Shown in pieces: positions 1 to 7,844 of a stretch of 36,478 nucleotides of DNA. Source of the stretch: Patescibacteria group bacterium (GTDB lineage: Bacteria > Patescibacteriota > Minisyncoccia > Phycocordibacterales > UBA918). Made by a program: the position numbers and the translations under genes. The notes under the pieces are model-generated. The model was not told the origin of the DNA, made no database searches, and was given only the letters and a program-made list of their open reading frames with translations. Each line of letters opens with the position of its first letter. Within the stretch, counting starts at the first letter, position 1. The stretch covers positions 1 through 36,478 of the forward strand of contig JAZKIJ010000025.1 of assembly GCA_040384905.1 (NCBI GenBank), in the 5' to 3' direction.

Positions 1-75
1 TGACTCGTGACCACCAGCGCGTCCAATGGCAGTTACGACGTTGGTGCGAACCGCAGCTCCTTTCTTTTACATCCC

Positions 76-666
76 TCAAAACACCCAATTAAACACCGTC
101 TGAAACCCAACTGCATACATTGATTGGTTTACGAGGTTTCCTAAGAGAAGAGGTAAAAATAATCTTTGAAACTTAATGCCTAATACGGCAAAGGGAATAA
201 TTATTACCTCGTTAGGTAACGGCATAAAAGCGGCATAGAGAAAGGTGAGCGGAAAGAGTAAATGTGGTCGGGTAGTAACTTTTTCTTCCAGCCAGGAAAT
301 AATTTTAGGATATTGGTTAAATAAATATGAACGACTGACGGTACCAAATAGATAGCCAATGTAGTCAGCAATGAGGGTCCCAACGGTGAGGGAAAGAATA
401 ATGAGCGGTAAGGATAGACCGCTAGCGGTAAATATCGGTGTCAGGGTAACAGCGGGAATCGGTACAAAAATATTTAGTCCGCCGATGATGGCGACTAAGA
501 TAACTCCAACGTATCCTAAATTACCAATGAACGATTGAATTTCGGTTGATCGCGTGATGGTGTCAGCGGCGAATAACGCTAGTATTACTACTCCCAGTAA
601 TACAACAGAAATAAGGAGAAAGGGAATAAATTTTTTATACTCAATCACTGTATAATTGTACACCAA
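76..666 (-). CDS. Polytopic membrane protein, DedA/VTT-domain-like (tentative)
   Basis: 196-aa ORF that is almost entirely hydrophobic helices with Gly/Pro-rich loops (GGLNIFVPIPAVTL). The family call rests on pattern recognition only. Confidence 0.45.
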   Translation of the reverse strand: MVYNYTVIEYKKFIPFLLISVVLLGVVILALFAADTITRSTEIQSFIGNLGYVGVILVAIIGGLNIFVPIPAVTLTPIFTASGLSLPLIILSLTVGTLIADYIGYLFGTVSRSYLFNQYPKIISWLEEKVTTRPHLLFPLTFLYAAFMPLPNEVIIIPFAVLGIKFQRLFLPLLLGNLVNQSMYAVGFQTVFNWVF

Positions 667-671
667 TTAAA

Positions 672-851
672 TTACGGTGTATGGGTATGTGGCGGGACTG
701 ATGTCTGCAGATTCTGCGTAATAACTTCTAATTCTGAAATGGTATGACGAAGTTCTAACGTAACACTCCCCACAAACACCGCGAAGCCAATAATCAGAGA
801 CCAAGCCACATACGGGAAGACTCGATATTTTTCTAAGGTAAATTTTTGCAT
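672..851 (-). CDS. Hypothetical small single-pass membrane protein (59 aa)
   Basis: Hand translation of the minus strand gives MQKFTLEKYRVFPYVAWSLIIGFAVFVGSVTLELRHTISELEVITQNLQTSVPPHTHTP*. It is below the ORF-track cutoff, has one clear TM helix, and ends 5 nt upstream of the DedA-like ORF on the same strand. Confidence 0.25.
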   Translation of the reverse strand: MQKFTLEKYRVFPYVAWSLIIGFAVFVGSVTLELRHTISELEVITQNLQTSVPPHTHTP

Positions 852-914
852 TATTCGTACTATAGCATGAGAGGACTAGCCTAAATTGATATTTTTCACT
901 ATGATGTGAGATAT

Positions 915-2291
915 ATGAATTTCCAGGAATATTTTAAGGGTAAACAGGTCACCCTTATGGGGTTAGGTTTGCTCGGACGGGGGATCGGGGATGCTAAATA
1001 CCTGGCCGAGTCGGGGGCTGAGGTAACGGTGACCGATATGAAAACGACCGAGCAGTTGGCAGATTCGCTTGCTCAATTAGATGGAGTTTCAAACATTACC
1101 TATGTGCTCGGTGAGCACCGATTTGAAGATTTTGAAGGTAAAGATTTTATTGTCGTGGCTGCTGGTGTGCCCATGGACTCACCGTATCTAGAGCATGCAC
1201 GAAAGGCAGGAGTGAGACTCGTACAAAGTGCGGCGTTATTTGCTGAGTTATCACGCATTCCGATTATTGGCGTGACCGGTACGCGCGGTAAATCTACCGT
1301 CACGATGATGATTCACCATGTACTCTCGTACATTACGGGTGAGCCGGTGTTGCTCGGGGGAAATATTCGGGGTGTTTCAAATTTACAATTACTCAAAGAA
1401 GTAAAAGAAGATTCACTGTGTGTGATGGAATTAGACTCGTGGCAACTGCAAGGATTTGGTTGGGCGAGTATCTCACCGAACGTTGCGGTGTTTACGACCT
1501 TTATGGAAGACCACCTCAATTACTACGAGCGGGGTGGTAAAAGTCATGATGACGCGATGGCTTCATATTTTACTGACAAAGCACAAATATTTTTACATCA
1601 AGAAGATAGTGGAACCTTCATTACAACGCCAGCGGTTTTTGAGTGGGTGAAAAAAGTGTTACCTAACGAAACACTTGGTCAAGAAATTGTATTAGCTGAT
1701 GTATCTGTGTTACCCGAAGACATGTTGCTCTCAATGCCAGGAGAGCACAATCGTTTAAATGCGGCACTCGCAACTGAAGCTTTGCGGGCGGTCGGGTTAA
1801 CTGATGAAGAAATATTTGAAGGACTGGCAACCTTCCCCGGAGTGGAAGGACGTTTGCAATTAGTTGCGACAGTTAACAATGTGCGGATTTATAACGATAA
1901 CAACGCAACGACTCCCCAAGCGACCACGGTCGCGCTTGAGTCACTTGATCAGGGTAATAAAAATATTATTCTCATAGCGGGCGGGGCTGATAAAAATATC
2001 GATATCACGAAGCTTGCCTACGCGATAACCGAGCACTGTAAAAATGTCTTTTTGATTCCCGGTTCCGGTACCGATAATTTACTCGGATATCTCGATGGTG
2101 GAGATACGGGGGTGTCGGTGATGGGCGATTTAAAAGGCGCCTTTGCCGAGGCGACCCGTCTCGCTACCGCGGGCGACATTATTCTGTTCTCGCCTGCCTT
2201 TGCCAGTTTCGCCCAATACAAAAACGAATACGAACGTAACGATGAGTTTATGGCGTTGGTGGATTCGTTAGTAGATGCAGAGGCTCAATAA
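915..2291 (+). CDS. murD: UDP-N-acetylmuramoyl-L-alanine--D-glutamate ligase (MurD)
   Basis: N-terminal Rossmann-like KQVTLMGLGLLGRG and the Mur-ligase P-loop GVTGTRGKSTV, with a Mur ligase middle and C-terminal layout. The track ORF starts at GTG 906, but ATG 915 (MNFQEYFKGK) is the more likely start. Confidence 0.85.
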   Translation: MNFQEYFKGKQVTLMGLGLLGRGIGDAKYLAESGAEVTVTDMKTTEQLADSLAQLDGVSNITYVLGEHRFEDFEGKDFIVVAAGVPMDSPYLEHARKAGVRLVQSAALFAELSRIPIIGVTGTRGKSTVTMMIHHVLSYITGEPVLLGGNIRGVSNLQLLKEVKEDSLCVMELDSWQLQGFGWASISPNVAVFTTFMEDHLNYYERGGKSHDDAMASYFTDKAQIFLHQEDSGTFITTPAVFEWVKKVLPNETLGQEIVLADVSVLPEDMLLSMPGEHNRLNAALATEALRAVGLTDEEIFEGLATFPGVEGRLQLVATVNNVRIYNDNNATTPQATTVALESLDQGNKNIILIAGGADKNIDITKLAYAITEHCKNVFLIPGSGTDNLLGYLDGGDTGVSVMGDLKGAFAEATRLATAGDIILFSPAFASFAQYKNEYERNDEFMALVDSLVDAEAQ

Positions 2292-2294
2292 TGT

Positions 2295-2732
2295 ATGAGT
2301 GAAAAATTTACCTTGCAGGGAGAAAGTGCAGAACAAATGTACATTATTGATAGGGAGTCGGGATACTTCAAAGCCCTGGCCTTTGCGACTGATCCTGTGG
2401 CGTATTTTGCCAATCATCGGACGGAGCTTATTGCCCAGGGGCATGAAAATAAAAACATCTGCCAACAGGCGATAGCTGATATGGGAGAGTTAGAAGACAT
2501 TCTCGGAAATAATGATATGCAGGTAGCTGATAGTCGAGTACATGCACTACGTACAGCCGAACATGGTTCAGAGGAGTGGATACAGCTCACGTTCGGAGTT
2601 TTAAAAGACGCCGGATTTACCAAAGATGAGGCCCTCGCCTGGGCAATACTAGATGATGAAGAATCAACCACACAGGAGAAGTTAAAAGAACGGACGGCAC
2701 GATACTTTATCCAAGCACTTTATACCGAATAA
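2295..2732 (+). CDS. Hypothetical protein (145 aa, acidic, soluble)
   Basis: The ORF starts 3 nt after the murD stop, which suggests an operon. I recognise no motif. It is followed by a strong hairpin terminator. Confidence 0.5.
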   Translation: MSEKFTLQGESAEQMYIIDRESGYFKALAFATDPVAYFANHRTELIAQGHENKNICQQAIADMGELEDILGNNDMQVADSRVHALRTAEHGSEEWIQLTFGVLKDAGFTKDEALAWAILDDEESTTQEKLKERTARYFIQALYTE

Positions 2733-2740
2733 AAAAGAAA

Positions 2741-2771
2741 CGCAGCCGATTATGTATCGGCTGCGCATTTT
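2741..2771. terminator. Bidirectional rho-independent terminator between convergent genes
   Basis: Perfect 10-bp stem cgcagccgat (2741-2750) / atcggctgcg (2756-2765) with loop tatgt. It is flanked by an A-run upstream (aaaaaagaaa) and a T-run downstream (cattttttac), so it can serve both strands. Confidence 0.7.
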
Positions 2772-3488
2772 TTACACCACATAGGCTTTCACTAAGTTAC
2801 TGTCTGAATCACCACCACGTTTGCTTGCAAGTCCCTCATGTTCCTTGGTGCACATCTCATCGTGGTGGATGTTGGTTTTGGCCACGCCGGCTTCTACCAG
2901 TTGCGCGGTAATCATACCAATCAAGTCCAGACCACCAGTTTTCTGGTTAACGAACTGGGGGTAGTAGGCCATGAAGGGAAAGAGTAGTTCTTGGTCGGTT
3001 TCCAGGTTGTGCGTAAAGCACTGGGCGCATATGCCGGCCGTGATGTAGGCACTGATGTCCTTAACGTCACTCCCGTACGCTTTGAGTGTCTCTAGGCCTT
3101 CCGTCACAATGGTATGTGTGCGACTGCTCTCTCCTTGCGTCGGTGTCATGGCGGGCCGCCCGCAGTGGAGGAGGACACCTATTTTTTTGGTTGAGTCCAG
3201 CAGAAACGTAATCGGACAATCCCGGCTGTACATCGCGGCAGCCCGGTTCTTGGTCACTACAATACCGTCAGCGCTGATATTGTAGTCACGTGGGTTAGTC
3301 ACGACTTCCTTAAAACCGAGTTCGCCCCTTCTGCTTGGGGGAGAAACCAGGTGTTTGATGGCGTGTTGAGGCTGATGGGTAAACGCAATGGCGCTCGCTA
3401 AAGCCGCTTTTTTGCCATCAAAGATCGCAATAACGAAGCCTTCGGGCCGGAGCACTTTGGTGGGGTTATCGGCGATAGCGATAGGCAT
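2772..3488 (-). CDS. pgeF: YfiH/PgeF-family (DUF152, Cu-oxidase_4 fold) protein, peptidoglycan-editing-factor-like
   Basis: 238 aa with family-like landmarks: SRDCPITFLL, GVLLHCGRPAM, ICAQCF and C-terminal CTKEHEGLASKRG. It lies divergent from the murC region. Confidence 0.6.
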   Translation of the reverse strand: MPIAIADNPTKVLRPEGFVIAIFDGKKAALASAIAFTHQPQHAIKHLVSPPSRRGELGFKEVVTNPRDYNISADGIVVTKNRAAAMYSRDCPITFLLDSTKKIGVLLHCGRPAMTPTQGESSRTHTIVTEGLETLKAYGSDVKDISAYITAGICAQCFTHNLETDQELLFPFMAYYPQFVNQKTGGLDLIGMITAQLVEAGVAKTNIHHDEMCTKEHEGLASKRGGDSDSNLVKAYVV

Positions 3489-3526
3489 GGTGGTATTCCT
3501 TTTATGGTTGTGTACGTCTAAATTTG

Positions 3527-3554
3527 ATACTATATGATACCGCTACTATGTCAA
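3527..3554 (-). promoter_or_regulatory. Sigma70-like promoter for the pgeF-like gene
   Basis: The minus strand reads TTGACA (3554-3549), a 16-nt spacer, then TAGTAT (3532-3527). An approximately 38-nt leader follows, with aaggaa 9-10 nt before ATG 3488. Confidence 0.45.
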
Positions 3555-3700
3555 ATCACTCTATAAATATAAGCACCGTACAGAATATTCACTTTATTGG
3601 TATCGGTGGTATCGGTATGTCCGCGCTGGCACGCTTTTTCCTCGTGTATGGGCAATGTCAACAAGAAGATAATGGGGTCTGTTGTTTTTTAACTGTATAG
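3548..3700 (+). pseudogene. Truncated duplicate of the murC 5' end (50 codons)
   Basis: Hand translation gives MSNHSINISTVQNIHFIGIGGIGMSALARFFLVYGQCQQEDNGVCCFLTV*. Residues HFIGIGGIGMSALARFFL are encoded by a 54-nt stretch identical to murC 4525-4578. After that stretch the frame diverges and stops at TAG 3698-3700. Confidence 0.7.
3590..3643 (+). repeat. Direct repeat copy A (54 nt, identical to 4525-4578)
   Basis: cactttattggtatcggtggtatcggtatgtccgcgctggcacgctttttcctc. Weaker homology extends upstream to about 3563. Confidence 0.95.
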
Positions 3701-3706
3701 CGTATA

Positions 3707-3715
3707 TGCTATAAT
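3707..3715 (+). promoter_or_regulatory. Extended -10 promoter element TGCTATAAT
   Basis: A perfect TGnTATAAT lies just after the murC-fragment stop and 55 nt upstream of ORF 3770. Confidence 0.4.
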
Positions 3716-3769
3716 ATACTTTCAACAAGGTGCTGAATATAATGCACATTTGGTACAGTAAATATTAAT

Positions 3770-4459
3770 ATGAGACAGAAAAATATTTTCATTGATTTTG
3801 TAGAAACATTTCTACAAAGAAAAATTCTTTTTAAAGAACTCAATGATGCGTTAGTGTTATCTAAGTCTAAAAGATTAAAAATCTTAGCACCAAAAATAAC
3901 TCCAAAAAATCTTTGGCAGGAGGCACTCGGGGTGAGTATGGTGTCCATGTTTTGGGTTGCTTCAGCGATATTTGTATTGGTTTTGATATTTTTTGTCGTG
4001 GGCCTGATTTTAGGTCCTGCAGGTAGTGTAGCTAGATCTTCAGTTCTTTCTTCATTACCATTGCTCCAAGCTTTGTTTGTTATATTTTTTTTGATGACAC
4101 TTGCCTTTTTGCATGTGTTCTTATTACAAGGTAATCGAATTGAGCACAAAAAGGATTCCAAACTTAATTATGTCACTAAGTACATTTACCTTGACAATAA
4201 AGGTATGCTTGGCCGACTTAATTTTTTATGGAAGGATATTCAAGACGTGCAAATGGTTGAAGACAAGTCGGCTGAAATATATCTAAAAGAACAGTTTCCT
4301 CTAAGTATTATTCTAAAGAGTCGTGCATATGTTTTGACGTTTGTTGATACTACTGGAGTGGAGTTATTTTTATCGAATTATAAAAAGCAACATGGAGATA
4401 CTGAAGGAGGTGAGGTCTCAGTCAACGCTATTACTCCTCCCGTTTTGCACACGTCATAA
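3770..4459 (+). CDS. Hypothetical membrane protein (229 aa): two TM helices plus a C-terminal soluble domain, possibly bacterial PH-like
   Basis: AT-rich ORF lying between the two murC 5' copies. The TM segments are VSMVSMFWVASAIFVLVLIFFVVGLILG and LPLLQALFVIFFLMTLAFLHVFLL. A beta-rich tail of about 90 aa follows; the architecture resembles membrane-flanked bPH/DUF304 proteins, but this is a low-confidence guess. Confidence 0.5.
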   Translation: MRQKNIFIDFVETFLQRKILFKELNDALVLSKSKRLKILAPKITPKNLWQEALGVSMVSMFWVASAIFVLVLIFFVVGLILGPAGSVARSSVLSSLPLLQALFVIFFLMTLAFLHVFLLQGNRIEHKKDSKLNYVTKYIYLDNKGMLGRLNFLWKDIQDVQMVEDKSAEIYLKEQFPLSIILKSRAYVLTFVDTTGVELFLSNYKKQHGDTEGGEVSVNAITPPVLHTS

Positions 4460-4491
4460 GCCTTGAGTCACAATTTACAGTTCGATAAATA

Positions 4492-4497
4492 TATAAG
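4492..4497 (+). promoter_or_regulatory. -10-like hexamer TATAAG, 6 nt upstream of the murC ATG
   Basis: tataag-cattgt-ATG(4504) with no Shine-Dalgarno sequence. It fits the leaderless pattern seen at other genes in this window. Confidence 0.35.
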
Positions 4498-4503
4498 CAT
4501 TGT

Positions 4504-5796
4504 ATGGAAAAAACTAAACACATCCACTTTATTGGTATCGGTGGTATCGGTATGTCCGCGCTGGCACGCTTTTTCCTCCACGACGGAAAAACGGTTTCGG
4601 GCAGTGACCGGGCTGCTAGTCCCATCACCGATGCGCTCGTTAAAGAAGGCGTACAATTTTTCCCTACCCAATCAGCCTCCAACCTAAGTTCGAGGCGAGA
4701 CCTCGAACTTGTGGTGTATACGGAGGCGATGGCGCAGGATCAAGAGGAGATGGTCGCGGCTCGCGCGCTCGGGGTACCGATGATGAATTATTTTGATGCT
4801 CTGGGGCTTATTGCTAATGAGTACTATTTAATTGCGGTTGCCGGGACGCACGGAAAGACTACGACAACAGCCATGCTCGCTGACGTGTTAGAAGAGGCTG
4901 GTCTTGATCCGACAGTGATTGTCGGGTCACTGCGGAGTAAGACAGGGAGTAACTTCCGGTCGGGTAAAAGCAAATACGCTATCGTTGAAGCGTGTGAATA
5001 CAAACGAGACTTTCTGAGTTTGAATCCAGACGTGCTTGTTATTACCAACGTAGAGTATGAGCACGTGGACTACTACAAAGACCTCGCTGATGTCCAGCAT
5101 GCCTTTGGTGAGCTCGCGTTAAAAGTTCCCGAGACGGGGGCGATTATCACTGCCGTCACTGATCCGGCAATTGTGCCGATAGTTGAAGGGGTGGAAGCGA
5201 CTGTTATTGATTACACTAAATCGCTTGACCTCACAATTAAACTCAAGCAACCAGGACTACACACGCGTATGAATGCGGCCGCAGCAACAGCCGTGGGAGA
5301 ATTTTTAGATATAGAACGCCCGGTGATTAATGAAGCGTTAGAAAATTTTGCGGGAACGTGGCGCCGGTTTGAGTTTAAAGGGGATGTCTTGGGTACGCCG
5401 GTGTATGATGACTACGGGCATCACCCGACTGAAATTAGAGTCACCATTCAAGGTGCGCGAGAACTGTATCCCAATCGAAAACTTATTGTGGTCACGCAGA
5501 CACACACGTACTCACGGACCAAAGAATTATTTGCCGATTTTGTAACTGCCTATGCCAAAGCCGATCAGGTGTACCTTTTGCCAATTTATGCAGCGCGCGA
5601 AGAAAATGTTTCAGGAGTCAGTAGCGAACAATTAGCCGAGGCAATTAAAGCGAACGGTACGCAAGCAATTGTGATGCAAACTTCAGCCGGAATTGCGCAG
5701 GCTATTCGTGAATCACTCAATCAATCAGAACCATCTGTTGTCGTAATTATGGGGGCAGGGGATGTGACCGCGGTAGCGAGTGAATTGACGAAGTAG
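4504..5796 (+). CDS. murC: UDP-N-acetylmuramate--L-alanine ligase (MurC)
   Basis: 430 aa with N-terminal HFIGIGGIGMSALARFF, GSD, and the P-loop AVAGTHGKTTTTAM, plus a Mur ligase C-terminal domain. Confidence 0.9.
   Translation: MEKTKHIHFIGIGGIGMSALARFFLHDGKTVSGSDRAASPITDALVKEGVQFFPTQSASNLSSRRDLELVVYTEAMAQDQEEMVAARALGVPMMNYFDALGLIANEYYLIAVAGTHGKTTTTAMLADVLEEAGLDPTVIVGSLRSKTGSNFRSGKSKYAIVEACEYKRDFLSLNPDVLVITNVEYEHVDYYKDLADVQHAFGELALKVPETGAIITAVTDPAIVPIVEGVEATVIDYTKSLDLTIKLKQPGLHTRMNAAAATAVGEFLDIERPVINEALENFAGTWRRFEFKGDVLGTPVYDDYGHHPTEIRVTIQGARELYPNRKLIVVTQTHTYSRTKELFADFVTAYAKADQVYLLPIYAAREENVSGVSSEQLAEAIKANGTQAIVMQTSAGIAQAIRESLNQSEPSVVVIMGAGDVTAVASELTK
4525..4578 (+). repeat. Direct repeat copy B (54 nt, identical to 3590-3643)
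   Basis: This copy lies inside the intact murC 5' end. Confidence 0.95.
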
Positions 5797-5824
5797 TATT
5801 TTTAATGTATAGTAAATAATAGAA

Positions 5825-5844
5825 AAAAGCCCGGGTGGGCTTTT
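5825..5844 (+). terminator. Short hairpin terminator candidate after murC
   Basis: aaaagccc-gggt-gggctttt, with only 4 G:C pairs extended by A:U pairs. This is a weak candidate. Confidence 0.3.
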
Positions 5845-5865
5845 AAAGTATAGAGGAGACTCGGG

Positions 5866-6414
5866 ATGTCTGATGTAAATCAAGCTGCTCGAATTATTGT
5901 TTGCGTACTGGCAAACGATGCGGTCAAGGGAGATGGTCAATATCTTGATATTGGAGAAAACACCAAGCTGCGAATTCGGGACGCGGTCCGGTTTGTTCAG
6001 GATTTCAAGGCGGTCACCTGGGCATTTGGAGCGGGCACTGACGCAGAACATAGAGGTGGCAAAACATTGGCGACGTTGTCAATGCACTATCTGCGGACGT
6101 TGCTACCAACGGCTACGGGCATTTCTAATAAAACTGAATACCGTTATTACGGTACGCTCGAAGAAATTGACTGGGTCGTGAAAACAGCCAGAGAACGTTT
6201 TTCAAAAGAAAAGTTTTACTTTATATTTTGTACTCAACCGAGGCATGTGGTGCGTGTAAAATTTATTTTGCGCACGTTTTATCCTGAGTTGCCAGCGATA
6301 GTTGAGGCCACCGGTCACGTTCATCAGGCAGAAATCCCGTTGTACCATGAATTGTTATCCTACCTCAAATTGTTGTTAATCAAATTGAGGTTAGTGAAGA
6401 GGCGGTATGAGTGA
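5866..6414 (+). CDS. DUF218/YdcF(ElyC)-like domain protein
   Basis: 182 aa with the SD-like gaggag 7 nt upstream. The order of motifs is family-like: IIVCVLAND, FGAG, YYGTLEEIDWV, then FIFCTQPRHVVRVKFIL. Confidence 0.5.
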   Translation: MSDVNQAARIIVCVLANDAVKGDGQYLDIGENTKLRIRDAVRFVQDFKAVTWAFGAGTDAEHRGGKTLATLSMHYLRTLLPTATGISNKTEYRYYGTLEEIDWVVKTARERFSKEKFYFIFCTQPRHVVRVKFILRTFYPELPAIVEATGHVHQAEIPLYHELLSYLKLLLIKLRLVKRRYE

Positions 6415-6422
6415 TGTGATAG

Positions 6423-6454
6423 ATAGCGGGGCGATTTTTTGCCCCGCTATTTTT
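6423..6454 (+). terminator. Rho-independent terminator
   Basis: Stem atagcggggc (6423-6432) / gccccgctat (6441-6450) with loop gatttttt, followed by tttt. Confidence 0.75.
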
Positions 6455-6502
6455 AGTAACTTTTTTATTACTGTTTTAGTTACTATACGGACAACTTAAT
6501 AT

Positions 6503-6665
6503 TTGTATCCAGAGTATGAAGAAGGGAATTGACCCGACGAATGTTTTCAACATTCACCACTTCATCCGCAACCTGTTTTTATAAACAAGGTGCGACGTTC
6601 AACACTATCATATATGATAGTGAAAGATATCTGACTCCTGGATACAACGCGTTAGCGTTGTTTTT
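6503..6665 (+). promoter_or_regulatory. SAM-I (S-box)-like riboswitch with terminator hairpin, upstream of metK
   Basis: The S-box core landmarks occur in the correct order: GUAUCCAGAG, GAAGGGA, GACCCGACGA, CGCAACC...AGGUGC (P3), a perfect P4 palindrome cactatca-tata-tgatagtg, then GAAAGAU. An outer 8-bp helix pairs 6505-6512 with 6638-6645. A terminator acaacgc-gtta-gcgttgt plus tttt lies at 6644-6665. Confidence 0.6.
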
Positions 6666-6670
6666 GTTAC

Positions 6671-6697
6671 GGCCTTCACAAACGGTCCACTTCTTCG
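6671..6697 (+). repeat. Intergenic element 'B', copy 1 (degenerate)
   Basis: ggccttcacaaacggtccacttcttcg resembles 7851-7878 (ccttacaggaacggtccactcattgg). Confidence 0.5.
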
Positions 6698-6813
6698 TTG
6701 TCCTGCATAAAATAATCCTCACCGTACAAAAGTACGACTCGTCATATTTTATTTGGACGTCTCGAATTGAACTCGTTTCTGAAGACCTTATTAATAATTA
6801 TATAAATTAATGT

Positions 6814-7761
6814 ATGCTTAAAACTGCTGAATGTGTATCGCCGGGACATCCCGATAAAATGTGTGACCGAATATCAGACGCTATCCTCGATGCGTATTTA
6901 GCGCAGGACCCTAAAAGTCGCGTAGCGATTGAGTCAGTGGGCAGTCACGGGGAAGTGTGGGTGACGGGTGAAGTGACTACTACCGCCACAGATATTGATA
7001 TCAATGAGATAGTGACTAGGATTGCTGGGCCGGGATTAGCTATCCGCACCCATGTAGTGGCACAGAGTCCGGAAATTGCCCAAGGCGTTGATACGGGTGG
7101 TGCAGGCGATCAAGGAATCATGACCGGCTATGCGACACGTGATACACCTACCTATATGCCCCGGGAGTACGAACTAGCGCGCACATTGTGTCAAAAAGTG
7201 TACGAGGTATTTCCGTATGATGGTAAAACCCAAGTCACCGTTGATGAAGCGGGGAAAGTATTTTCGGTGGTGTGCAGTTTTCAAAATGCGCCACAGGCCG
7301 AATTACGTTCTTTGGCTGAATCGGTTATTCCTAACGCCACTGAGTATCATATTAATCCAGCGGGGGATTGGAGTCAGGGTGGGTTTGATGCCGATGCGGG
7401 CTTAACGGGACGCAAAATTATTATTGATAATTATGGTCCAGAGGTAGCAGTGGGCGGTGGAGCGTTTTCGGGTAAAGACCCGAGCAAGGTTGATCGGTCA
7501 GCTGCGTACATGGCCCGTCGGATTGCAGTTGATTATCTAGAGCAACGACCAGAAGCCAATAATGTGTTAGTAAAACTCGCGTACGCTATTGGCTACCCGC
7601 AAGCATTGATGGCGGTCGCCGTGGTTGATGGAGTTGCTGAAGATGTGGCCGGATATGATCTCACTCCAAGAGGCATAAAAGACTTTTTGGGTTTGGAGGC
7701 GCCGATTTATGCGGACACTGCGGCGTGGGGGCACTTTGGCCGGGGTTTTAGTTGGCGCTAA
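6814..7761 (+). CDS. metK: S-adenosylmethionine synthetase, compact form (315 aa)
   Basis: Bacterial MetK motifs are present: SPGHPDKMCDRISDA, GAGDQGIMTGYA, GLTGRKIIIDNYG and GGGAFSGKDPSKVDRSAAYMAR. It is about 70 aa shorter than E. coli MetK (384 aa). Confidence 0.9.
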   Translation: MLKTAECVSPGHPDKMCDRISDAILDAYLAQDPKSRVAIESVGSHGEVWVTGEVTTTATDIDINEIVTRIAGPGLAIRTHVVAQSPEIAQGVDTGGAGDQGIMTGYATRDTPTYMPREYELARTLCQKVYEVFPYDGKTQVTVDEAGKVFSVVCSFQNAPQAELRSLAESVIPNATEYHINPAGDWSQGGFDADAGLTGRKIIIDNYGPEVAVGGGAFSGKDPSKVDRSAAYMARRIAVDYLEQRPEANNVLVKLAYAIGYPQALMAVAVVDGVAEDVAGYDLTPRGIKDFLGLEAPIYADTAAWGHFGRGFSWR

Positions 7762-7844
7762 AGTTAATGTAAGCTATCAGCTACTTTGTTGGGCTACAGC
7801 AAAATTACGTTCACCGTACAAGGAGTACGGCTCACATAATTTTC

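Noticed and set aside
1-75. Possible 3' or 5' end of a gene running off the left edge
   Set aside because: The minus-strand frame reads ..VRTNVVTAIGRAGGHES after an aaggag but has no ATG/GTG/TTG start. The plus-strand frame gives an implausible W/R/C-rich peptide. The stretch is too short to call.
3709-4161. 150-aa minus-strand ORF antisense to ORF 3770-4459
   Set aside because: The region is AT-rich, so long spurious ORFs are expected. The plus-strand ORF is longer, has two clean TM helices and follows a TGCTATAAT promoter. The minus-strand product is Lys/Asn/Ile-rich low complexity.
6529-6810. 93-aa track ORF (TTG start) upstream of metK
   Set aside because: It lies entirely over the SAM-riboswitch-like structure and its terminator. 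It has no RBS or promoter logic, and its composition is odd. I treat it as non-coding.
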